Below, piece by piece: positions 53,834 to 64,000 of a stretch of DNA of 64,000 nucleotides (the stretch's first letter is position 1; the number at the start of each line of letters is the position of its first letter). The translations under genes and the position numbers were made by a program. The stretch comes from Tubiluchus corallicola (Eukaryota; Animalia; Priapulida). Where the stretch lies: assembly GCA_030141605.1 (NCBI GenBank), contig JAQGDQ010000023.1:310001-374000 (forward strand), written 5' to 3'. Under the pieces are notes generated by a model that saw only the letters and a list, made by a program, of their open reading frames with translations, was not told the origin of the DNA and ran no database searches.

Positions 53834-54077
53834 GTAAGAAGCATTTCTTCTAAGGGAAATTACGGAAATATTTGTCTAAAAACAATCCTTTAATGAGCCA
53901 TTATAACAGAGGTGTGCCTTGGCTCACTCAAAGAGATAAGTAGCCAAAGGCAGCATTGAAAAACTTATTATTCACTTAGGATGCATTAGAAATTGACGAG
54001 AAGAAATGATGACCATCGTGATTAACACGAACATTGTTAATGTTCTTGCCGTATAATCACCAGTACCATTTTTGTAA

Positions 54078-54150
54078 TTGTTGTTGTTGTTGCTGCTGCT
54101 GCTGTAGTTGTTGCTGCTGGTGTTGTTGCTGAAGTTGCTAATGCTGCTAT
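54078..54150. repeat. (GTT/GCT)n simple repeat in laminin intron 1
   Basis: gttgttgctgct run. Confidence 0.8.
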
Positions 54151-54248
54151 TGCTGTCATTGTGGTGTTGATGCTAATAAGCATCTCATACTAATATACCA
54201 CATCATTTTAGTGCATTATTATTATTATTATTGTTATTAATTTTTCAG

Positions 54249-57200
54249 ACCTTGGGCACACATGGTTACTGATGCAGCAGACTGTGAAGATGCCTTCAAT
54301 GTACAAGAACTGTTCCTTCCCAGCCGAGTTAACGAAGTTATTTGCCGTGAGTACACCCTACCTACACCAGCCAATCGTGATGAAATTTTAATACTAGATT
54401 TTAATGATGTTACTATACCAGATTGGACTGCAGCTCAGCAGATACGGGTTAAATTCTTTGACATGGAACTTACAGAGGGAGCAAGGGGTGACTTATTCCA
54501 ACATTTTACTGTGCGTGAATTGGAAATCTTTGCTGAATGTGTTTGTAATGGACAAGAATTAGGTTGTGAGCCCAATGAGTTGACAGGAAAATATGAATGT
54601 ATTTGTGGAGGAAATACAGGAGGTAAATCATGCAACGAATGCCTGCCTTTGTTCAACCAGTTTGCTTTTGTTGAAGGACAGGCTTGTCAAGAATGCGAAT
54701 GTTATGGTCATGCAGCATCATGTGAGTACAGGAGTGAAGTTGAAGAACAATTGATGAGTCTTAGTGCTAATGGACAATACGAAGGTGGTGGCGTTTGTGT
54801 CAACTGTCAACACAACACAACAGGCATTAACTGCGAGAAATGTACAGAGCTGTATTATCGACCTTTGGGTCGAGTGCAATCAGACATCAATGCCTGCGAA
54901 CCATGTAACTGCAACTTTGCTGGAATTAAACAGGGAAATCCAAGCTTGAACATATTAACTGGTCAATGCGTTAGAGACATTGAAGAACAGCAAGTGCACA
55001 ACATGAACCCAGGCAATTGCTTTTGCAAGGATAATGTCATTGGATCAAAATGTGATTTATGCAAAGAAGGTTACTTCAAATTAGATATAGACAATCCAGC
55101 AGGCTGTGAACCATGTAGGTGTAACACGGCAGGAGCGATAGGTGGTAGCACTGACTGTAATTCTACAACAGGACAGTGTGCTTGCAAAGTTAATGTGGGT
55201 GGACGCCAATGCAATGAATGTCTAGATAACTTCTACAATTTAGATGCAACAGATCCAGATGGATGTAAAAAGTGTGACTGTGATCGGGGTGGTGCAACTA
55301 ATGATGGTTGTGATAAAAGAACAGGCATGTGTAACTGTCGCAATAATATTGATGGGCCTCGTTGTAATCAAGTACGAACAAATTCTTATTTGCCAACCTT
55401 TCACTTCATCTATGCTGATCTTGAAGACATTCATAGTTTTGCTTTTCAGAGGGATGACACACTGTATCCTGGGTTTTTAGGTCCTGGTTATACACTTCTT
55501 GTTGGACAGCAGGACACTGTTCGAGGAATTATTCAGGTACCGGAGGGTTTCAAAGGACAATTTTATATACTAATCCGTTACATTATGCAATTCACAGCGG
55601 TAGTGAACATAGAGCTCACATCATCAGCTGGTGCTTTAGTGCAAGGTACAACTCTGCTCAACTTTTGTTTGAGGTGGTGCTATCAAGCAATTGGAACAGC
55701 AGGAAACAGAGAATTGTTTAATCTTGATCCAGGAGAGTACAGAATACGTATCAACATACAAACAAATGCGGAAATTCGCATGGATCGTCTTGTGCTCCTA
55801 CCAAATGAGTTTTATTTTCCCGAAGATGTGCTTGGGTTAGCTGAGGCTCAGCAGTTTGCTAGTCGCTGCAATATCATATCTGGTGATGTGACACGAGAAA
55901 GAGGATATTGCATGCCAACAGCATTCTCGGTTGTGTCATTTTACTTAGATGGCGCTTCCCAATGCAACTGCCATCGTCTAGGTAGCTTCTCTAGTACGTG
56001 TGAAACATATGGAGGCCAATGCCCATGTAAAGAAGGAGTAAGTGGGCGCAGATGCAGACAGTGTGAAGTTGGTTTTTACTCATTAACAGGGAATGGTTGC
56101 AAACCTTGCAATTGTTTTGGGCACAGTGAAGTTTGCGATCCCATAAGCGGCCAATGCAGTTGTCCTTCTAATACAAGAGGGCAACAATGTGACCAATGTG
56201 AGCCAAGGCACTGGGGATATAATGCTACACGTGGTTGCCTTCCGTGTGACTGCAGTAGAGTTGGAGCTTTAAGCCACGAATGCAATACTGAAACTGGAGA
56301 GTGCCGATGCAAACGTGGTGTTACTGGGCAAACATGCAGCGAATGTAGGGCTGGCTACAAAGGTCTGTCACAAAGAGGTTGCACACCATGTGGATGTGAC
56401 CTGGCAGGCAGCATATCATCAGCATGTAATACAACTACAGGTCAATGCGAATGCAAGCACTTAACTGGTGGCTTGTTATGTGATCGGTGTGCTGATGGCA
56501 CATTTTCTAAGTCAACAATGCATCAAACAGGTTGCTTAGAATGTATTTGCATGGGTGTAACAGATAGATGCTTTGCAGCCAATCTATACATACATCACCT
56601 AACCAATTTCAACTATTCTGCTTTCACTATTGTAGATGAGTCAGGAAGGTCTGAATTTAATGTCGAAATTAATGTGACCCGTATTCGAGGGGTACAAGGT
56701 TTGAGTGCGAAAATTCCTAGACTAGGTGGTAATGAAATTTATTGGAAGATTCCAAAATTATCTGGAAATTTGCTGACATCATATGGAAGCCACATAAATT
56801 ATACCATTGAATACAGCAAAGATGACTTGTCATCATTTGGTACAGTAAATGAAGCACTTCCTGGTCCAAAAGCAATTATCCACAGTAATAATGAAATTAC
56901 ACTGTACCACACACTCTCTCCTGTTTTGCCTGATGACTCAACAGAAATATCAATTAAGCTACATGAAACCCAGTGGACAGAAAGCCCCAGCTTTGTTTCA
57001 AATACAACAAGAAGTCAGATGCTACTTGCATTAGCAAATATTTCTGAATTTCTTGTTCCAGCAGCATACAATGATGGAGCACATGATGTAAGACTGTACT
57101 GGATCTCATACGGAAAAGCACTTCATGCATTTTCACCTCTGAAATCTGTAAGCGTAGAGGAGTGTGAATGCGGTCCAGGTTATAGAGGACTTTCTTGTGA

Positions 57201-58383
57201 AAAATGTGCTACTGGGTACAGACGGAAAGGCGGATTACCTCTGGGAGAATGCATTCGGTGTGAGTGTCATAGACATTCTGACAGCTGCGACGAGCTCACT
57301 GGCGAATGCTTAGCTTGCAAACACAATACCGAAGGTTTTAACTGTCACTTCTGTAAACTTGGATTTTATGGAAATGCGACTATTGGGACACCAGGTGATT
57401 GTAGAGAATGTCCTTGCATTCCACCACGAGTGAACAGCACAGAATGTGAGCTACTACCAAATGGACGTCCCTTATGTCTGAACTGCCAGCAAGGTTATAC
57501 AGGTAATTTATGTGACCAGTGCATTGAATTTTATTACGGGGAGCCTCTTCTTGGTGGTAAATGCACACCATGCAATTGTCATGGTAATTCTGACACTTGT
57601 GATCCTGATACAGGTGCATGCATAGACTGCGCCTTTAAGACAACAGGTAAAAATTGTGATCGATGTTTAGATGGTTATTATGGTGATGCATCAAAGCAAG
57701 ACTGTAGTCCATGTGACTGTGATGTGACAGGTTCAGTTGTAGATGTTTGTAACCATACAACAGGGCAATGTGAATGCTATCCTGGGGTTGGGACAAGAAC
57801 ATGTAGTTCTTGCCAAGAAGGATACTACAGATTTTCACGACAAGGTTGCCTCGACTGTAAATGCAATAAATATGGAAGCAGAACTATTCAATGCGACAAT
57901 TCTGGCATTTGCCCCTGCCTTCCAAATGTAGACACACGTTCAGAATTCTGTGATAAATGTGTTGAGGGATACTGGGGTCTGCCAAATCGTCCCTGTCAAC
58001 GGTGCGACTGTGATCCTATTGGTACTGTAGCAGAAAGTTTTGCAACAGGACTATGTGACATGACCACAGGGCAGTGTGAATGTAAGATCGGTATAGGTGG
58101 TAGACAATGTGGGGAATGCAAGCGCATGTTTACTGGCTTTACTGCAGACGGCTGTAGTGAATGCGAACAGTGTCATGCATCACTCTTTGATGCCAGTGAA
58201 AGGTTGCTTGAAAGAGAACAAATTTATGCCAATGATACTGAGAAACTTAGACAATATGTTGAGAAGGAAGCTACACTGCAATTATTAGAACAGGAACTGG
58301 CAGAACCTCTGGACTTTTTCGGCACAACATCAACAGGAATCTTAAGTCAAATGCAATTACAGCTTAGAGAACTTTTAAATAAG
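54249..58383 (+). CDS. Laminin alpha-like chain, 4135-nt exon 2 (LN end, LE repeats, LF, L4, start of coiled coil)
   Basis: tttttcag / aag-gtaaaa; 8-Cys LE repeats; alpha-type GQYEGGGVCVNCQHNTTGINCEKC; L4 motifs YWKIP, LTSYG, VEECEC. Confidence 0.95.
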
Positions 58384-58789
58384 GTAAAATTTTTGACAGG
58401 ATTTGCCATCTGCAAAGTTTGCAAAACATTTTCAGTCTTATTTTAGAGCTAGATAAACTTGAGCCAATTTCTCTAAATAATTTCTGATGCTTTCCTTGTG
58501 ATGTTACTGTTCATTCTACTCACCTGTTCAAAGTTTTTTTCCTGAGACATGAAATATTAGAACTGCAAAGCAACATCTCTCGATAAAAATGTAAATTAAT
58601 TATTACCAGTAGCTCCTTGGTGTAAAATACTAAATATTTGGATAAAATGTACTGCCAGGCAAGTTTTAATTTCACATTCATATAATGTATTTATTTTCAT
58701 TAGCGTATTTCTTATTTATTCGCAAAACATAACTATTACTGAAAAGGTTTAAAGGTTAAAGGCAATGCTTACGGAAAACACTTAAAAAG

Positions 58790-59045
58790 TAGGCTGGTAG
58801 TGCAGCTCAATGGCAGCATGCTCGCTTCCCACCCGGGAGGTTAAGGGTTCAACTCCCAACTGAGTCATACCAAGGACTTCAAAAATGGTACCGCTGGTTC
58901 TTCGACCAAGCACGTGCATTTATCGTCGTAACGTGTGGGTAATAATAATCGAGATCGCCTTGGAAATAAGTACAGAGTTACTTAAGGTGTTCTTCCTGGA
59001 CTATGCTCTAAATGAAGTTAATATATTATTATTATTATTATTAAT
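58790..59045 (+). mobile_element. tRNA-derived SINE with Meta-like core
   Basis: A-box tgcagctcaatgg, B-box gggttcaactccc, then gtcataccaaggacttcaaaaatggtacc, (TAT)n tail. Confidence 0.72.
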
Positions 59046-59880
59046 TTTTTCAGCTACATCAAAATGTGTCTTTTTTTGACAATAAATGTTACAAATATGT
59101 ATCATTTTTGGTAAGTCATTTTTGCCGCCTTTATCAGAATAACTGCTAAACGTATACGCACAACACCTTAAATACCTTTATTTGGATTATACATTCTGTT
59201 TTTGATCAAACATCAACAGTAATTAGAATATGCAGTGTCTGCTTTCTCATCAAGTTAATTTCGCTACAGTTTCTACTTAAACAACAATTTAAATGAGTTC
59301 TTGAGATAAAATCTTAAAAACGACGCTGAAATTTTAAATCAATTGTGCCTGTTCTCAATTAGATTTAATATTCTTTATATAAATTTTAATTTTTGCTCTC
59401 TTGATGTCAAACACGTCGTTAAAATCTTATGGTTCATATTTTTACTGTTGTAATCTGTGGATCACAGCGGCAGCACAAGATCTAGAATATGTGCCGAAAA
59501 TGGCTGTAATCATTTTATAAAGATTCAACGTAAAAATACTTTTAGCCTTCATCAGCGAGTTTTAAATTCAAGCAACGTAGTCATACACAGTTTTATTCTT
59601 AACACTGATGTCATTTTAACGTCGAAAATATTTACCCATTGGCAATATACGCTTACAACCCTTTTTTAAATATTTAGTTTACTAATCTTTGCTGTGTAAA
59701 TATGTTCTTACCCTGTTCTTTGCTCTGTTCTCTACCTAATCTGTTCTTTGTTCTGTTCTCTACTTACTCTGTTCTTTGTCTAATTTCTCTTGTACTAGAT
59801 TTTTAAATAGGGGTAGTGATTTTTAATTGAGCATTGTTTATCCTCCTTTATGTACTTATTATGTAAAATAAATTCACCAG

Positions 59881-60102
59881 GTGCCAACTCACGAACGAGA
59901 TCTGGAGCAACAAGTTGTACGAATGGAACGAACAAGAAACGATGTACTGGCCATATTCAACCAAACCGAAATGTTGCAAACAAGATGTCATCAGTTCTTG
60001 TTCAATGCACAAGAGCTGCTAGAGAAACACAGGGTCAATAACAACACATACCACATCATTCTCGGTGTAATTCAAGGATACGTCAGCACTGCTGATCAGA
60101 TG
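59881..60102 (+). CDS. Laminin alpha-like chain, exon 3 (coiled coil)
   Basis: ttcaccag / gtatga; 222 nt phase 0-0; helical heptad-like sequence. Confidence 0.8.
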
Positions 60103-60526
60103 GTATGAATTAGATGCCTTTCGCCTATAAATCTCTACTGTTTAACTCGCTTACTTCAGTTTGTTGTAAATATCTGCGAGGAGTCTCACTGAACTGCATG
60201 ACTTACTTTCATTAACTTATACTTAGTAAATTAGTATATTTGGATAATTAGTAAAATGATTACACATGACATATTCATTCGGCCAATCCAAGTTTTTCCA
60301 AATTTAAGATATGCAACTCAGATATCGGCAAAATCTTAACAATGCTCACACATGTTTTACAGCAAATCACATGAAGCAAAATGTGGACAACCCTTTATAG
60401 ATGAAATACCTCACGACCTCAGCAAAACAACTTGTCAAATAAGTTCTTTTATTATCACACAAATGTTATTTTGAAAATAAATGTGTTCCTGAATGTATCA
60501 CTACCTCTGTTCCTTAAATTTTCTAG

Positions 60527-60664
60527 GTAGAGAATCTGGAAATTACAGACAATGAGGTCAGCATCGATTTCACACAAGAAGAAGTATTGTTCATGCAAGA
60601 GCTGTTACAAGCTAGAAACCTAACCAACAATATAAAAGAATTAAAACAGCTAACTGGCAGCTTG
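60527..60664 (+). CDS. Laminin alpha-like chain, exon 4 (coiled coil)
   Basis: ttttctag / gtatgc; 138 nt; MQELLQARNLT resembles alpha-chain 'MLEEIRSRNF'. Confidence 0.8.
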
Positions 60665-60774
60665 GTATGCATATACAGGCATAAAACTAATGATTTTATT
60701 CCTGATTTTAATAATTAATTAACAGTTTAATAAAAACTGAAAGTGTTACGTTAACTTATATTCATTATTTACAG

Positions 60775-63700
60775 GACGAAACTGTGACGGAAACAAAAGA
60801 AACTGCTGAAGCAATAATCTCTGACCTAATAACGATCATGAATGCAGTCCAGTCAAACCAGACATCAATTTTTCAGGTTAACCTTCAGCTTCAAAGTTTT
60901 CAAAGCACTCTACTGGACATTAACACAAAAGTCAATGCAACCAACGACACAATTAATAGAACTGTGGCTGCCATTGACAAAACAATCAAAATACTAGAAG
61001 ATTCTGAGGATATGTTTCGAAATGCCACAGACACATTGAGCAAAGCAGTAGAAGCATCAACTGAATGGACACTTGTAACAAGAGAAGCTGCAGAGAGGCT
61101 GGAGATAGCATCAGAAGCTGTACAAGAAGCAGAACTACAAACTACGTCTACCGATCGGCTCCTACGGAAAATAGAGGCAGATGCTCAGCGTATATCAGAA
61201 GCCTTCACGTCTGTTGCTGACATTGGCCAGGAAGCTGTCGATGCTATTGAGAGGTACAAATTCACCATTGAAGTAATCGCTAATGCTGAAGAACTGGCTG
61301 ACAAAGCAGACAAATCCATTTCGGATGCAGTAACACTTGCTGGTAGTGTGGAAGACTTGAATGACGATGCTCAGTTAGCACTTAATCGGGCACAGGAACT
61401 ACAGTCAACTGCCGCTAGCAGTGATACTGACGTGGCCCGGTTAAAAGCAGAAGTAACGAGTGCTAACAGAAGCCTCTACCAGACACTGCCATTGTGGCAG
61501 GAGGACATTAAGCAGGAAAAAATGAGCACACAACTGCAACTAAATGCAATTAACTTTGAGGTGAAGGAAAATGACATTGAAGATAAAGTAAGAAAAGCGT
61601 CAGAGAATGCCATAGAAACTAGTGTTCAAGTGCGAAAAGTTCAATCACAGTTATCCCCTAAAGGTGCTGAAATAGAAAAAGCCGAAATGGCACTGTCCAA
61701 AGCCGAAAACAATACCAAGGCAATTAATTCACAAATATCAAACCTCGAACAAAGAACAATGAACATAAAACGAAAAGCAAGTACAATCACAGATTCAATT
61801 CAGCAGTCTATGGATTTGGTTGACAAAAATCAAGATTCTTTTTCCATTGTTTTTGAGAAAATGACATCTATTGATGAATTACTGACACGAGTAATGAAAG
61901 CAACAGAGCACGCAACAATGCCATTACATATAGCAGGACAGGATATATTTCAGTTTAACATACAACCCAGATCTACAATCCACAATGAATTAGTGCTGCA
62001 GTTCAAGCTTGATGTGGACACTATGGACAGCCTTCTGTATTTTGCTGAGGACAGAAATGGAGTGAATTGTATTAGTATCGAGCTTCGTGATAAAAAAATT
62101 GTTTTCAAATTTGGAGGTGGACAGAAAGAAGTAGTTCTGAGGAGTGTGAATGAGTTGTGTACAGGATGTTGGCTTGAAGTTTCACTATCTCGCTTTAAGT
62201 TTCATGGCACTTTAACAATAACAAACCTAGAGAATAATAAAAAGGAAACTGTTGTTGAAGAATTGAACAATGAAAATGGAGAAATTAACATAACATCCCA
62301 AATGTTTCTGGGAGGAATCCCATCAAACTACCAAACTGCAAAAAACACACCAAGAGAAAACTATGTTGGCTGCTTGTTTGGTTTGCGAATAGATGGATCG
62401 CCTATCAGTCTGTTGCAGTCCAGCGCACCAATACCCATTCAGAATGATCCACAAATATGCTGCCCAAAACCTCCGGTAGTCGACATGATGTCCTGGAACA
62501 AACCTAGGTGCACATCAGATGTCTGCAGAGATGCCATTCGTTTCAATGGAATAAATTCGTACGTTGAATTGGCATTCGCAGATGTGGAACTTGACATTGG
62601 TTTAGACATTCTTGCAGAATTCTCCACATTTACCAGCAGTGCCCCATTGATTATAATTAAAGCTGATAATACCGGAGAGTATAAACTTTCCATGGCAGAG
62701 GGTAGAGTCAGACTGGAGACAAAAGGTGGTAGTTCCAGAGGCATAACAATAAGTAGCTTAAACACCTACAACGATGGACAATATTATCAAGTAAAAGCTG
62801 TTTACAATAGAAGTACTGCATTAATCGCTCTGTCCAGTCTGAATACATCACTGCCAGTAGAAGTAGAAAACGTGGTTGAACAAGTTAGAACATCTTTACC
62901 ACAGTTTAGTGGTAGACTAAAATTCTTCCTAGGAGGAATGGGCGATAAAGAGGAGAAAAGTTATGCTGGTTGCTTAAGAAACGTCTTTTACAGGTCATCA
63001 GAAAGGAAGCCATTTCTGCCACAATCACTAAAATTAGCAGAATTTTTGAGCAGCAGTGGTGTTACTGAAGGTTGCAAATATCCAACTGAAGTAGGAATAA
63101 GCTTTGCTGAAGAAAGTTCATATATTGCCATTGACATCCATGATGCGAGCATTGGCATGCTACGGGAAGTTGGATTTTCATTGAAAACCCACGTTTCAAG
63201 TAGCTTATTGCTGTACACAGAAGACAATCGAAGGAACATAGCTTATATAGGCTTGTTTAATGGCGACATATTTATGCAGTTTGTTAGTGCTGGCATGAAT
63301 TTTGGCATTCCTATCCAAACCAGAGGACTAGAACTAAATGATAGACAATGGCATGAGGTACATATAGAGTTCAAGACAAATTTCCCAGTAATAATGGTAG
63401 ACAGTATTCGGTATGTTCAAAGAAACAGAGTTTTTCTACCTACAGCTCCAAGAGACACCCTAACAGTCTATATTGGAGGAGTTCCTGTTAACATATTTGT
63501 GCCAACACAATTGCCTAGTGCTTCTTTCTATAACGGAGACGCTGCAAATATCACGATAAATGGGCAAACGGTAGATATTAGTGAGCCCATGTTGATCACA
63601 AAAGCAGTAAATGTTGCTCTTAATGCTGTTAACAAACCAGAACTAGAGGAACCCGGACCAACCCTGACAACCGTAACACCGCCTGCAACATGTTCATTGC

Positions 63701-64000
63701 CAGAAATTGACCCAGAAACAGATGGAACAAAATTTGGAAATCAGCCAGAAAGTTTCATTAAATTCAATTCGGATTCGCTTAGCAGGAATGCTCTGGAAAC
63801 CATACTAGCCCTTTCGATGGATTTCCGTTCTTTAGCAGCGAATGGAATGATGTTCTACGCATCAGATTTGAAACGTTTTCCCCGTAATTTTATCGCGTTG
63901 TACATTGAAAAAGGGAGGCTGGTTTTCAGAATGCGTACATTACGAGGGGTGGAGTCTGTGCAAAGTACAAACAAATACGATGACGGTGAATGGAGAACAG
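60775..64000 (+). CDS. Laminin alpha-like chain, exon 5 (coiled coil, LG1-LG3, linker, LG4; open at window end)
   Basis: ttttacag acceptor; frame appears open to 64000 (hence absent from the ORF track); LG motifs MFLGGIP..YVGCL, YNDGQY, LNDRQWHEV, YDDGEW; Pro/Thr linker before LG4. Confidence 0.92.

Noticed and set aside
58384-58446. ORF-track C-terminus VKFLTGF...SVLF as the true end of the laminin protein
   Set aside because: Read-through past the donor at 58383; downstream exons continue in phase
62439-63239. Minus-strand ORFs as candidate ZPR1 upstream exons
   Set aside because: No ZPR1 motifs; they are antisense shadows of the laminin LG exon

Overview
AT-rich invertebrate (metazoan) genomic DNA with spliced genes; exon models were read by eye from GT-AG sites and phase. 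Four genes: (1) a TMEM8/PGAP6-like gene on the minus strand whose probable signal-peptide exon (36944-37004) is separated from the next exon by a ~30 kb repeat-rich intron; the gene runs off the left edge; (2) head-to-head with it, a short TRC8/RNF145-like membrane RING-H2 gene (+, 40865-45011); (3) the C-terminal half of ZPR1 (-, 47340-52302); (4) an intron-poor laminin alpha-like gene (+, 53391 to past the window end) that appears nested antisense in a ZPR1 intron and has an unusual layout (divergent LN, one beta-sized LF domain, L4, about six further LE repeats, coiled coil, LG domains). Mobile DNA includes a young 5'-truncated R2-clade retrotransposon outside rDNA with a hairpin-packed 3' UTR, RTE-like relics, hAT-, Merlin- and Tc1/pogo-type MITEs, tRNA-derived SINEs and simple repeats. 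Family assignments are from remembered motifs, not database searches.
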